Below are positions 34,396 through 49,373 of a DNA stretch of 64,000 bases, in pieces (position 1 is the first letter of the stretch; every line of letters begins with the position of its first letter). The translations under genes were made by a program, and so were the position numbers. The notes under the pieces were generated by a model. That model made no database searches. It was not told the origin of the DNA and saw only the letters and a program-made list of their open reading frames with translations. Source of the DNA: Octopus sinensis (taxonomy: Eukaryota); assembly GCF_006345805.1 (NCBI RefSeq), contig NC_043003.1, positions 29,822,001-29,886,000 on the forward strand, written 5' to 3'.

Positions 34396-35896
34396 CTGGC
34401 TGATAAAGGTATTTGAGGGCAAATTTGGTAATTTAACAAGAGAAAAACTTTAGTCATTCAAAAAACCAAATACATTTCACTAAAACTTGTGGGCATGCTC
34501 TCAATAGTGGAGGCACGTGGCTTAGTGGTTAGGGTGTTAGCATCATGATCGTAAGATTGTGGCTTCGATTCCTGGACTGGGCGACGCATTGTGTTCTTGA
34601 GCAAAACATTCCATTTCACGTTGCTCCAGTCCACTCAGCTGGCAAAAATGAGTAATGCTGCAATGGACTGGCGTCCCATCCAGCTGGGGAACACATACAC
34701 CATAGAAACCGGGAAACCAGGCCCATGAGCCTGGTTAGGCTTTAAAAAAGGGCACATTTATTTATTATTTATGCTCTCAATAAGTTCCTTTTATAAGATT
34801 ATTCTGTGAAACCACTTTCAGCTTGATGACTGCTTCAATGCAGAACCAAAATTGTTAAAATGTCTGCACTAAATGGTCCTTATTCATCTCAAACATCACC
34901 TGGACAATGGCAGATTTCAGTGAAGCTTTGGCATTGTGAGAACATCAGTTTGTTCCTTTTCAACAATACATCAACCATAGTAGTTCCCTTTCAACAATAC
35001 AGTGTTACATGGCATTACATGATTGTAAAGATTGTCTGACATCCAATCTTGGACATGGTCTTTGTAAGAAGGTGCTGATCCTTGTTGAAATATGTTTGAC
35101 CTTCTACTACATACTTCATCCATCCAGGGCTTAATTTTTTCCAGGGCCTCAACATATCTAGCAGCATTAATTCTAAGACACTGTGGGAGAATGTGAGATG
35201 CCATGACATGATCTTCATTACTCACCTCTCCTAAAACCATCACAGTTGCTGGAAACTTAGTGTTCACCACTCTCAGGGCATCAGAAAGATCTACACTTAA
35301 CCATCTGTCATTTCTCTGATTAAAGTTTTTCTTATTAAAAAAGGGCCAAAACATACCATGTTTGTAAAGGCTTTTAACCTTGTTAACTAGCCATTTCGCA
35401 TGAATCAAATGGTTTTTCCTGGGTCTTTGCAGACATGAATTTGTCTCTCCTCAGCACACACAATTTATATTGAATGTCTATGTGCACCACAGTTATGATA
35501 GTCCACTCCAATGCTCAAAAGCTTTGGCAATGGCCCTCTTTGATTTTCTAGTATCATCATCGATAATTCTTTTAACCCATTACATGAACTGCAGTGTTCT
35601 AATTGTGTCCAAATGTTTAGAACGTTTGTTTCCTCTTTGGTACAAATGGAAAATTCCCACCAGAGGCTTCCAATTCCATCCAAACTTTGTGTACAAAAAA
35701 CCTTGCAACATTTAGAAAGTTGGCAATTTCTAAATTACTGTTTTGCATATATGGCAACAATGATTGCATGCTTTTCATTTCTTGTGTTAGCATTTTTTTT
35801 TTGCCATGGGGGATTTGAAAGATATAAAAACCTTTTCATTGATTTGAAAAGAGTGATACTGATAATTAAGTGTCCTCAATTATCTCTTACACTCAG
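34396..35896 (-). mobile_element. maT (DD37D-type) Tc1/mariner element, degenerate, with a nested SINE
   Basis: RNDRWL..TKFPATVMVLG.VSNE.HVM..KPW..FQQ.SAP motifs. Matching termini ta|ctggctgataaaggtatttgaggg and ta|ctgagtgtaagagataattgagga. Confidence 0.8.
34507..34770 (+). mobile_element. tRNA/CORE SINE with 12-bp TSD
   Basis: ATGCTCTCAATA at 34495-34506 and 34771-34782. Confidence 0.88.
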
Positions 35897-36445
<549 letters not shown>

Positions 36446-36616
36446 CTACTGTCCTGCTGTTGCAGAAAAGAAATAACTTCCAGAAATAGAAGACAAATCT
36501 CCCTCAGATCACACATCTGTTTTAAAGTTGTTTGAAATAACAACCAAATCTCTTTCAAATTACACACACCTACTGGAAGAATTAACTGGAAAACTACTTC
36601 CTGATACACAAAAGGA

Positions 36617-37037
36617 TACTCTTTCACTCTCTTTTACTCTTTTACTTGTTTCAGTCATTTGACTGCGGCCATGCTGGAGCACCGCCTTTAGTCGAGCAAA
36701 TCGACCCCAGGACTTATTCTTTGTAAGCCCAGTACTTATTCTATCGGCCTCTTTTGCCGAACCGCTAAGTGACGGGGACGTAAACACACCAGCATCGGTT
36801 GTCAAGCAATGCTAGGGGGACAAACACAGACACACAAACATATACACACACACTCATATATATATACATATATACGACAGGCTTCTTTCAGTTTCCGTCT
36901 ACCAAATCCACTCACAAGGCATTGGTCGGCCCGGGGCTATAGCAGAAGACACTTGCCCAAGATGCCACGCAGTGGGACTGAACCCGGAACCATGTGGTTG
37001 GTTAGCAAGCTACTTACCACACAGCCACTCCTGCGCC
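36617..37037 (-). mobile_element. Full-length young tRNA/CORE SINE, inverted relative to 29114
   Basis: Near-identical reverse complement of 29114-29531 apart from the internal microsatellite. Confidence 0.9.
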
Positions 37038-38086
37038 TATAAAAATATTTAAAAAATAGACCCATTAAGATATGTATCATACCCAACAAAATTCCTTGTA
37101 TTTTTATTGTATAGCTATATGCTGTAAGTTCAAATCATGATGAAATTAACTTTTTCTTTCATCTTTCTAAGTTGATTATATAAAATAAGAACCAGTTAAG
37201 CACTGAAGTCAATCAAATGAATGTGTATCAGTAACAAATAAAACTGTGTTTATATAATTGTGTCTGTTACCATTTCTAATTTCCCATGTTTATCTCTAAT
37301 GAAATATCACCTCACTACCTCCTTCCACATTCTTTTCTTTCTCCCTCACACAAACAAACATCTATTCTCACACACACACACACACACATATATTCATATA
37401 TCCACCCATGCATTCATTCATACATAAATAGAATTGTAGCTTTATATACATATTTATTCACTTAAATACCTCCGTACATCCACACACACACATGTTCTTT
37501 CATACATACATTCAATGCCTTACATTTACACACATATACTCACACATTCATGAGCATATATAGACATATGCTTTCAGATATAACAAGGCTCTGTTACATT
37601 CAAATGTACATGCTAACATATTCATAAGCACATACATAGATATGATTACACACATAAACACATTTCTCTGCACTCATACACACATACACATTCTTAAGTA
37701 CACACACATACACAATGCATATTTACAAACATGTCTAAATACATGTACACTTACCCTCACACTCAGTTTAGCACTACCACCTGGCACCTTGGATGTCTGT
37801 ATCCTTTGTAAAAGATATTAATTTGAGGATACCTTCTTCTTTCTCTTCCATTGGTTTTGAATCCCTTATAATGGGTCATGATCGCTGCCTTTCCTTCTGG
37901 CTAAAAATTAAAAAAACAAATTTAACCTCACAAACACGGACACACGCATACACAAAACTGCCTTATCTTGGTCCTAAGTGTTTTGTTATCTCCAATAATT
38001 TAAATTACTCTGTTTACATCAGTCAAATCTCAGCTCTAGAATGATTTATTTGTGTTATTCTTCATGGGATGGGTAAAGGGTAATGA

Positions 38087-38615
38087 CTCCCTTCAGTCAT
38101 GAATGACCATGGCATTGCATCTAGAAAGTTCCCTTCTAAGGCACAAGTTCAGGCAAAGTTGTTGTTTATGGAAGCTCAGCAGTCACCTATGCATACCAGC
38201 CTCCCCTCTCCATGTCATCCATGTTATCCAAAAGAAAGGCAAAGACCAATACAGCTTGGCACCAGTGATATTGCAGCTCATTTCTACAGCTGAGTGAAAT
38301 GAAGCAATGTGAAATAAAGTGTCTTGTTTAACATCACAACACACAGCTCATGATTGTGAGCTCGATGCTCTAACCACTGCGCCATGCATCTCCAGTTCAC
38401 TCAGCTATAGAAATGAGTTACAACATCACTGGTGCCAAGTTGTATCTGTCTTTTCCTTTCCCTTGGACAACATTGGTGGCATGGAGAGGAGAGGCTGGTA
38501 TACATGGGCAACTGCTGGTCTTCCATAAGAAACAACCTTGCTCGAACTTGTGCCTTGGAGGTGAACTTTCTAGGTGCAATCTCATGGTAATTCATGACTG
38601 AAGGGGTCTTTTTTA
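38087..38615. mobile_element. Head-to-head pair of 7525-type SINEs (minus 38087-38393; plus, 5'-truncated, 38394-38615)
   Basis: About 210 bp are mutually complementary. Confidence 0.8.
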
Positions 38616-39916
38616 CACGGAGGTGGTAGGGCACAAAGAGGAGGTAACTCCACCAAAGAATGGTCTGACTCAAAATGCCAACATCAGCTTCAATTGTAAT
38701 GATAGACATTGAGTGTAGGTATTAGTTCAACTTCTCAAAACATGGCTGGAATTTGTTTCAGAAATAGATGATCTTTAGTGTGATATTTTAAGATACCTTG
38801 CAGTTTACTACATCAGCTTTAAGGATCAACTAAACCAATTATCTACTGTGCTACTGTTTAGCTAACTACATCCAGCCATTATGAGTAAGTGGTTGGGGGT
38901 CAAATAACATCTACTATGCTTTTGTTATTTGTTTTAGGTACCTATGTAGTGAGCAGATGTAGACACCTTCTTGGCCCCCTTACTCTTGACCCTACAGAAC
39001 ACCCTATATGTGACAGTTTGAGAGAGAGAGACTGCTGCACCAGCAATCAAACGATCCTTATTTATAGCTGAGTAGGCAGGAGCAACAGAAATGAGGAAAA
39101 CACATAGACTGGGTCAGGAATCGAACCTGTGCCATGATCCTCCATCATGAGCCAAACATTCAAACCATTAAGCCATATATTTATGGTGTGTAGCAAAACA
39201 AATAGAATTAATGTTGAGTGAATAAATTTTAGTGAAGGACACAAGGAAAGGGATCCCAGTACCTTTCTATATTCCAGCTGTTTCTTCTATCGATTACTTC
39301 TATAGTTACTACAATGGCTCTGAACTGTCTGAATGAATATCCTCTCAATCCAGATCAATTTGTACCACCACTACTTTTTCTTCCTCCTCCGGTTACTCTT
39401 GTTATATCCCACAGTTCACACCTTGCACTAAATATTGTATCCTATATTTCCTCCTGAAACAACATCCCTCTTGAACTCTCTTTCACCACTCTTGTTTTTT
39501 ATTATTTTTACTGACTCACACGTCGAATGTTGAACACATCTTTTGCAGCAACCTGGAAGGAACTGCAGAGCCTCACACACCATTCACTTTATTTTGCTGA
39601 CTGCATTAACAAACAAAGCTGATAACTGCTCCATCATATTAATTATTCTGTGGGTGTACTTTCAGTAATAATAATGTCCCAAAAAAACATACTGATGGTG
39701 TTATCTGTTTATGCTGTTATCCTGGTATCTATTTACATAAGCTTGGTTTTGAATAAATGATATTTCACATATTAAGAAACAAAACACATGGAGAGTTTCG
39801 TCAGAATCTCGCTGAATAATTTATTAGGTTAAAACAGTTTAGACAGTGAAGTTTATAGCTGAATTTCACAATGGGAACACCAGGTAAAAATTGACATATT
39901 TACTATTTACATCAGC

Positions 39917-39955
<39 letters not shown>

Positions 39956-40658
39956 CATGTGTGTGTGTAATGTATACATGTATGTATGTCATTATTCAGT
40001 TTTATTTCATGTATATATGTATGGATTGATGGATGGATGCATGTTACACCAAGGAGTGTGTGTGTGTTCACTATTTATAATTTTTGCCTGAAAATCTGAG
40101 ATATGGAATGATTGTTATACACTGATATATTCAAACTAGTTTCTTCATTTTAGTTGTTATAGTTACAGAATGTCATCCATTGTGCCCTCTGGCCTTCAGG
40201 TAACTCTTATAGGTGTCTATTACACCTTCCGGCCTTCTTCAAGTGTCTATCCTATTTATTAGTGTCCCTGGAATTAAGAAAACCTTTTATTCTAACCAGG
40301 AGTTTAAATTATCCTAATTTTATTGTCCTGTGATATTCTTGTCTTAGATACTCTCCTGTACATGATAATGCTTGCTTATACCATTTTAAAAGATATGGCT
40401 CTGTTATCAAGAAGTCTACCTCATGGCCACATTGCTCCAGGTTTAATCCTAATGTGCAGCAATTTGGGGGTTGAACAATACTTTGTGAGTGGCATCTGGT
40501 AGGTAAAAATGGTGCAAAAGCCATCATATATATGCATGTATATAAAATAGCCATCTATGTATCATATTTAATGTATACACATCATTGACATGTATCATGC
40601 TATGGTTTTGTCTGAGGGAAATTTTTTCATTGATGTGCAGTTTTAAAAATACAATATA

Positions 40659-41350
40659 CAGGGGTTGGACAAAATAATGGAAACACCTAGCATCATAGCA
40701 TCATAATTTTGAAATATCTATAAAACTGTCAAAGGCTTGTTTATTTTTATGGTTTTTGATTTATTATTAGTGTTGCGTAATGTGATTTGCTAAAATTGCT
40801 GTTTCTTTTCAGATATTATTAGAAAAAGGTAATTAAAACTCATTAAAATGACAGATCTATTGGACTTTCAAAGAGGTCAAATTGCTGGTGCTCATATGGC
40901 AGGCACTAGTGTAATGAAAACAGTTGAAATGTTTGGTGTATCAAGAAGTACTGTCTCGAAAGTAATGACAGCCTTTGAGAAAGAAGGTAAAACCTCCTTG
41001 TTGAAACAAAACTCTGGAAGAAAGCCAAAACTTTCAGATAGGGACCGTCAGACTCTTATGCGAAGACTCTTATGTGAAAGTATCATAAAAGTACAGCACA
41101 CAAAATTACTGCAGAGCTTAATGACCACCTCGAGAACCCAGTTTCTATAAAAACTGTTCACCAGGAGTTGCACAAAGCCAGATTTCACATGAGGGCTGCA
41201 ATCAGAAAGCCAAACGTTGCAAAATGTTTAGAGTGGAGTAAAAACTTACAGAACTGGTCCCTAGAGCAGTGGAAGAATGTTATTTTCTCGGACGAGTCAT
41301 CTTTTACCTTATTTCCGACCACCAGCCAAGTATACGTGTAAAGACAGTCA
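40659..41350 (+). mobile_element. Tc1 element, 5' half
   Basis: TA|CAGGGGTTGGACAAAATAATGGAAACACC terminus; DFQRGQI..GVSRSTVS..SGRKPKLSDRD; WKNVIFSDES. Truncated after the first Asp. Confidence 0.88.
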
Positions 41351-42502
41351 ATGGGCAATAAACTGCGCTTGCGAAGACCTGTTGAGGCAAGTGAAGTTGT
41401 TATTGTGGCCGGTGACAGTACTGCCTGATTGGTACTCGTGCTGGTGGCACATAAAAATCACCATTCAAGCATGGTCAATACCAGTGCCGCCTGACTGGTC
41501 CATGCTGGTGGCATATAAAAAGCACTATTCGTGCCTGATCGCTGCCAATATATATATATAAATTTTGTACAATTCTATTATTCTTTCTATTCTTTCATTC
41601 TTTCCTTCTTTCTATCAGCCCTTTCACACTTCGTTCATTCTACTCTTCGTTCTTTTGTTCCCCCTCTCTCACATTTCCTGGCCTTCTCTTCATGCTTACT
41701 TTCCCTCTTCTTTCACTTCACTGTCTCTTTAATTTTTTTTTGCCCTCCTTAATTCTTCTATCCCTCCGCCTCTACCTCTCTCTCTTTTCTCCCCATGTGA
41801 CTGGTGTTCAGCCAAGCCTGACCTTTCTTTCTTGGTTTAACTACCATCCGTGCAACATCTATATTCCTCTCTGTGCCTATCTAATGTTATGTCCCTGCCA
41901 TAAGGCTTTACTTCCACACACGCCAGTTTAATTTAATTCATCCTTAGTCAAAAGACATCTGTTCTTATGTCCTGTTAATTGCATTTGTATTTGTGTAACA
42001 TTTCTCTTTTTTTACCGTCCTTGTTTTCATATACATTCACTGCTTTCTTCCAAGGAATCTAATGCTCTTAGCTTAGTTTTTCTTTGGGGCTGGCCAGATT
42101 GGAGCAATCTCGAGTATAACCAGCCAAAATTGCAAAGATAATCTGGAACTCGTCTGAGGATAGAAAACTCCGAATGACCCATCCTTGTTTTCTTTGTATC
42201 GCCTGTCTGGATGTTTTGTTGTCCCCTTTTTCTTTGTATCACTTATCTGTCTGGATGTTTTGCGTTCTTGTCCCATTTTTGTATTTTTTATATATATGTA
42301 TGTGTGTCTTTGTTTGTCCCCTCACCACTACTTGACAATTATTGGTGATGTATTTACATTCCTGTACATTAGCAGTTCAGCAATAAGACCAATAGAATAA
42401 GTAATAGGCTTCAAAAAAAAAATTCTTGAGGTTGATTTTTTTTGACTAAAACTTTCCAAGGCAGTGCCTTAGCATGGCCACAGTCAAATGACTGAAACAA
42501 GT

Positions 42503-42540
<38 letters not shown>

Positions 42541-45448
42541 AATGTACTGTTACACATGCTGTGCCTGTGCATTATATATATATTGGATAATATAGTGTTA
42601 TACATGATGTATCTGAAATGCAAAATGGTGATGGTCATGGATGAAATTATTTTAATTACAAGTCTGCTTGATCATAACAAAAGCAATAACAACTCTTTAG
42701 ACATAAAAGAGAAGTAATAGCTTCTCAATATATCATCTCAAGTGCTGTATATTACATGACAGAACCTGCTTCAGTCTGTCATAAACCTTTTTATTGCCTT
42801 CCTATGGTTTATTCATAGATTTACTGTCTTCTCAATAATACTATGAACAATGGGAGGTGCCATATTACTGGCCTGAAATATTCTGATTTAAAAAAATTAC
42901 CTGGTATATATTTATTACATTGGTGTAATCTCTGAGTAGTTTATTCTCAAAACTATTTTCTTTTCCTTTGTCAACCATTCTGTTTACTTAGTGATTTTCT
43001 CATTACTACTTTGACAAAATGCTAAAATGTACAATTTTCTGATGAAGTCAGAATAAGTCTTAATTATGTACAGACTTGTCTCCCTTACTCATCGAACTAT
43101 TTAAAATAATATTAGTCATTGACTAATACATTTTTTCCCTCTTTGTTTAGTTATTTCTAATCAGATTTCTTTTAATGTTCTTTGTACTAACACAAATTTA
43201 ACAATAGTATTGTCTAAAAGAAGATCTACAGGGATATATAGCTATCTTCTTCTATACTCTCATCATCATAATCACCACCACCACCACTACCCATCCATTC
43301 ATTCATCCATGCATCCAATCATCCATCAATCTGCTCTCTTATTGAATAGTGGTTGCTTTTATGATGTAAGTTTAGCCAAGACAAATCATCATCACAGACA
43401 CATTAGTTAATGCAATCCTAGATATGTAATCCTAGATACACTGTGTTTGACAAAAACCTACATGAACCTAAACAACACAAAGACTTAGTTAATATTACTG
43501 ATTTATAGGGTGGTGAGCTAGCAGAACTGTTAGCGTCATTTCATTCATCTTTATGTTATAAGTTCTAATTCTACTGAGGTTGACTTTATCTTTCATCCTT
43601 TCGGGGTCGGTAATATAAGTACCATTTGTAATTGACTTAACCCCTTCCCAAAAATTGCTGGCCTTTTGTCAAAGTTTGAAATCAATGTTACTGATTTATC
43701 AATAAATGCACATTTAAATTTGTACCTTTGCTGTGAGATTGTAGCCATGGCTGATGCCAGTATTGTATAATTGGCCCGTTTAAAAGTACCCTTCAATCAT
43801 CGGGCAATATGCTGTGCTTGAGAAGACCTGTTGAGTCAAGTGAAATTGTAGTCTTGGCCAACTTTGATATTATTAAGTTAGTTTTTAGAACATAAATTAA
43901 CATGAAATTTTAGAGGAAGGTTTTTAATTTAGGTTACTTTAAAACAGGAAGTTTGTATTGTACAACTAAGATTGGTTTGACAAGTTTTAGTATTCAAAGA
44001 GTTGAATGCAAGTCCTTCACTCATATATTTACATAAATATAATACTTAGTACAAGTCATTTTAATGTCATGGTTTAAAGTTTCAGATTACTCTGTCATAT
44101 TCAATGCTTATTTATTCATATTGTTTTGAATTCATTGTGCATTATCATCTAGCTTTGAGATTTTTATGTGATTGCTTATTTTTAGAATAATATTGTTGGG
44201 TAAGTGTGAGGGGTTGGATCTGGCCAGTTTAAACATAAAATGATTAGAATATTTGGGCTGGATGTGGCCAGTTTAAATACTAAAGGGTTAAAGTTAGAAT
44301 TAGGGTAAAAAATCTTTCAACTTTGTTTTTACAAAGGTATGAAACTAGTATTTCTCAAGGTGAAGTTTGTTGTTTACTGACTGAGATGTCTTTCTTCAAG
44401 AAGGTTGTCACAATAAAAAACACTGCCATTTATTTTGTGTTGGGATGAAGCTTAATACACCCACCACCCTAGCTAACTTTAAAATACCACCTGTTCTTCG
44501 GGTGCCTTTAACAAGCTACTACAGTGAAATGCATGCCAACTCTTCTGACAGTAAAGAGTATTGGTGGAAAAGGTTTTCCAGCAGAGACAATAGTACAGGG
44601 GATTATACAAACTTTAGGAAACAGTTTGAGAGGCTGCCCTCTTGGCTGATGTGTAGAATTGTATCTTCTTGTTCTTCTCTTCAGCAACCATATGTATTTT
44701 TAGGGAAGAAGAATTCAACAATTAAACTGAGCTGTTAATCAACAACATGGACATCATCATCATTACTGGCAGTTAAAAATATTGCAGACACTATTGTTGC
44801 TGTTGTTAGTGTTTGAGCAGACCTTTACTATGTCATTCAACTGGCTAGAAACAGCAGCCTGATTTCCCTCAAATCACACCTTACTATCTTAAAAAAAAAG
44901 GAAGGACACATTGAATAATGTATTCCTAGAAAGCGATGATGGTCACAGATGGAACATCCTTTTACGTATCTGCTTTATCAGAACTGACTTATGGCTAAAC
45001 AACACATCTCCTTACTGATTCAAGTGTCAGAAACACCATTTCATTTTTCTACAGCTCACTCAATACCTGCCCTTAACTCATTCGTTATCATAATTTTGTT
45101 GTAATACACAGTCTTTGTTTCAATAAAGTTTGAAAATAATACACCACTTATTAAAATAACTTTGACATTATCAAGCTGGTGTTTGGAACATAAATTAACA
45201 TGAAATTTTGATGTAAAGTTTTAAATAAGATAATTTTTAAAAAATGAGTTTGCATCAAAAAACCAGATTTGTTTCCAACAGGTTGGTATTAAAAAAAACA
45301 AAAAGATTTAAATCTTTCGTATTCTAAACATTTATAACTAGATTTAATAACAGTGCTAGTTTGATGTAGACTGCCCCAGCAATATTTCAGTTTCACACAT
45401 ATTCAACTATATATCAAGTTCTTTTTGGTTTTTTTATTTTGTTTTCAG

Positions 45449-45778
45449 GTATCTACAAGGTAGCCGAACAGTGTGGCCTTAATCCTTCACCAGCTACTCA
45501 ACGCCAAATGACAGACTCATCAGACAGATGTTTCATTAACATAAAGCGCCCAGTATATAAGACAGATGAATTCATTAAAACATTTCAAAAAGAGATTACA
45601 CCACCTAGGTGGCATGCTAGGTTGGGTCTCTACCTCAGGAATAAAATGAAGTGCAGTAAAAGGGATCTTTTGGGGATGTTCCCTATCATTAATGTCATTC
45701 AAACTTACCAACTAAAAGCGTTCATCCTTGGTGATTTCATTTCGGGAATTACTGTTGGCTTCATGCAGTTACCTCAAG
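45449..45778 (+). CDS. SLC26 anion transporter (prestin/pendrin-like), N-terminal coding exon
   Basis: ttttcag| acceptor; KRPVY..FPII..Y....LGDFISGITVGFMQLPQG|GT. First in-exon ATG at 45508; the frame is open from the exon start. Confidence 0.9.
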
Positions 45779-45790
45779 GTCAGTAGCCAT

Positions 45791-45829
<39 letters not shown>

Positions 45830-46911
45830 CATGTGAGAGAGAGACTGCATATTTATGTGTATGTGTTTATATATCTGTGTGTACATGTGTGCATGCATGT
45901 GTATATATGTGTGTACAAATGTGGATGTGTGTGTTTGTGTCAATAAGTGCATTTATGTGTGCATGTGTTGTATATTTGTATACATGTGTGTGCATGCAAG
46001 AGTGTGTGTAACTGTGCACTCTTACATGCAAATTAGTGCATTTTTATGCACAAGAGTGTGTTTAAGTGTGCATGTATTTGTGACAGCATAGTGTGTCATA
46101 TAACAGTGTAATGTCAATATTGTAATATTTTAATGCCATTGTTGTGACAGTGTTGTATAAGTGTTGTGCTAGTGTGGTATAAATGTTCTAATAACATTTT
46201 GTCAATGTTGAGATAGTGTTGTAACAGTGCAGTGTTACTGTTGTGACAGATTAATGTGTCATTTAACAGTATAATGTCAGTGTTGTGACTACATATTATC
46301 AATTGATGTGATAATATAATTTTGATCGTGTGCCCATTTGTGATGTAGTATTAGTGCTGTAACAGTTTAGTACCAGCTTTGTAACAGTATAGTAGCAACA
46401 ATGTTGTTGGAATGTATTGTCAATATTGTGACCACTGTGCCATTGTTGTGACAGAGATTGATGTTGTGATAGTGTAGTGTCAGTGTTGTGACAGTGTAGT
46501 TTCAATATTGTAACCACTGTTTCAGTGTTGTGACAGTGTTGTTTCACTGTTGTAATACTGTGACAGTGTAGTATCAGTATTGTAACAGTGCAGTTTCAAT
46601 ATTATAACCACTGTTTCAATGTTGTGACAGTGTTGTTTCACCGTTGTAATACTGTGACAGTGTAGTTTCAATATTGTAATTATTATGTCAGTGTTGTGAC
46701 AGTTTCATTTCAGTGTTGTTTCAATATTGTAACCATTGTGTCAGTATTATGTTGTTGTTGTTGTAATAGTGTAGTATCAGTTTTATGACTGTAGTGTTTG
46801 AGGGCATTAAAGTAGCCTGAAGCTAGACATGTCTGTTGGTTTATGTACCACCCTTGTCTTAATTAAGATCACTACAAATTTTAACAGTTACCATTATTTT
46901 GTACACCTCAG

Positions 46912-47022
46912 GTATGGCATATGCAATGCTCTCAAATCTTCCACCAGTCATTGGACTCTACATGGGCTTTTTCCCTGTTATTTTATATGCTATCCTTGGA
47001 ACATCCAAACATCTTTCTATGG
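46912..47022 (+). CDS. SLC26 exon (111 bp)
   Basis: AG|[38 protein letters not shown]|GTAAGT; SLC26 signature; phase 1/1. Confidence 0.96.
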
Positions 47023-47068
47023 GTAAGTTAATCCCCATCTGCATATTACACCCCTCTCTCTTTTTCTC

Positions 47069-47099
<31 letters not shown>

Positions 47100-47184
47100 C
47101 TCTTTGATATCAATAATAATACATTAAGCAATGCAATACATGTTACTGTTGCAACTAAACACCAGCCATGGTTTGTTTGTTTAC

Positions 47185-47403
47185 CCATTTTACTCTTTTA
47201 TTTGTTTCAGTCATTTGACTATGACCATGCTGGAGCACCGCCTTTAGTCAAACAAATCTTTGTAAGCCTAGTACTTATTCTATTGGTCTCTTTTGCCGAA
47301 CTGCTAAGTTATGGAGACATAAGCACACCAACATCAGTTATCAAGCGATTGTGCGGGGACAAGCACAGACACACACAAACACGCACACACACACATATAT
47401 GTA

Positions 47404-47452
<49 letters not shown>

Positions 47453-47600
47453 GATGGCTTTCTTTCAGTTTCCCATCTACCAAATCCACTCACAAGGTTT
47501 TGGTTAGCCGCAGGCTATAGTAGAAGACACTTGCCCAAGGTGCCATGCAATGGGACTGAATCTGGAACCATGTGGTTAGTAAAGAAGCTACTGACCACAT
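47185..47600 (-). mobile_element. tRNA/CORE SINE, full length, intronic
   Basis: Homologous to 29114-29531. Confidence 0.82.
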
Positions 47601-49152
47601 TTGTTTCCTTTTTTATGTCTGTTTTTCAATTCCACCTCATACCTTGAAGTTATCCCAACAGCTCATCACCATTATTTTTTTACTGCTTTCCAGATCCACT
47701 CAATCACTACTACCCTCTCTTTTAAAATAAAAAACAAAAGAAACTTGTTCTTCTCTGGCCCCTTCTCTCATACTCCAAGCATAAAGTTGCCCCCTCAAAG
47801 CTCATTGTCTTCCAAACTGTATGGCAGCATCACTAGTACTGGTAGTGTGAAAAATGCACCCAGTATATATTTGTTTCTTTATTACTCACAAGGGTGCACC
47901 CAGTACATATTGTTAAGTGGTTGGCATTAGGAAAGGCATCCAGCCATAGAAACTGCACCAAAGTAGACATTGGTGCATAACAGTTCTCTGACTCCTCAGG
48001 TCCTGTCAAATTGTTCAACCCATGCCAACATGGAAATTGGAATGAGGATGATGATGATGATGATGGGTGGGTGGGTTCTCCTCCTCCTCCTCCTTCTTCT
48101 TCTTCTTCTTCTTCTTCTTCTTCAAATATAAAAATATATATCACAATATCATAAAATCTATTAGAATTTACTATTTTACAATTCTAAATCTGGTGTTGAG
48201 GATTTTATCAGTTATTAATTACTAGAGCTGGTGTCCATCATATAATGGGTGACCTTGGAAATTGTCACCACAAATAGATCCTAGGCAGAAAGATGATAGA
48301 TGGATAGTAAGAGGAGAGAATAGGGGAGTAAGACAAGGAACAGTGGAGAGTGTATGGATTTGTGACAGGGTAGAGAAAATGGTAGGGATGGAGTTGAAAA
48401 GGTGAAGTGTAGGTTGTGAAAATGGAGGATCTAGAACTATCCAATACTATAAGTGATATATACAGACAAAAGGTGTTAGGGAAGGTAGCCATAGATTGGG
48501 GTGTTTATTTTTGTCCATATTCTGCTATTTGTAAAGCTTCCATTGTTCCTTTTCTTATTTCTTACAGGATTCTAAATAAATTTGAAGTACTGTCAAGTAG
48601 TATTACCATCATTATCATTATTGTTAAGGTGATGAAGAAAGCAAGCTGGCAGAATCGTTGGCACACTGGGCAAAATGCTTAGCAGTATTTCGTCTGTCGC
48701 TACATTCTGAGTTCATGTTCCACTGAGGTAACTTTGCCTTTCATCCTTTCGGAGTCAATGAAATAAGTATCAGTTACGCACTGGGGCTGATATAATTGAC
48801 TGGTCCCCTTCTCCAAAAATTTTCAAAGCCTTGTGCCTAGGGTAGAAAAAATTATTATTAAGGTGATGATTGTTACCATGCAGGACATAATGCTTAGCAG
48901 AATTTCATCCATCTTTGCATTCTGAGCTCAAACTATGCTGAAGAAGTTCACTTTACCTTTCATCCTTTTGGTGTTGTTGAAATAAGTACCAGTTACTCAC
49001 TGGGATCATTGTAATCAACTTACCACCTCCTTGATGGGATTTGAACTCAGAATATAAAGATTTGGAAGAAATGCTGATGAGCATTTATTATATTATTATT
49101 GTTGTTGTTGTCATTGTTGTTGTTATTACACAAGTTTTTCTTTGATTCCCAG

Positions 49153-49373
49153 GTACCATTGTTGTTGTTAGTTTGTTGATTGGTTCCCTAATAAATGACC
49201 GGTTCAGCCTTCATGAAGATTCTGTCATATCTATGGGCCCACGACTATTTAATGTCTCCACTTCAGAGATCTTTCCAGAAAATATTACAATCTCTCCAGA
49301 GAAGATATCCCAAGTTGGGATTGAGAAGATAAAATTTGCTATGGCTGTGACTTTAATTAGTGGTATAACTCAG
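49153..49373 (+). CDS. SLC26 exon (221 bp)
   Basis: CCCAG|GTIVVVSLLIG..KIKFAMAVTLISGITQ|GTAGGC; phase 1/0. Confidence 0.93.

Noticed and set aside
42135-42190. CTGAGGA/CTGATGA motif in the repeat also present at ~23545 and ~62390
   Set aside because: No stable stem II and GAAT instead of GAAA; does not fold as a hammerhead by inspection.
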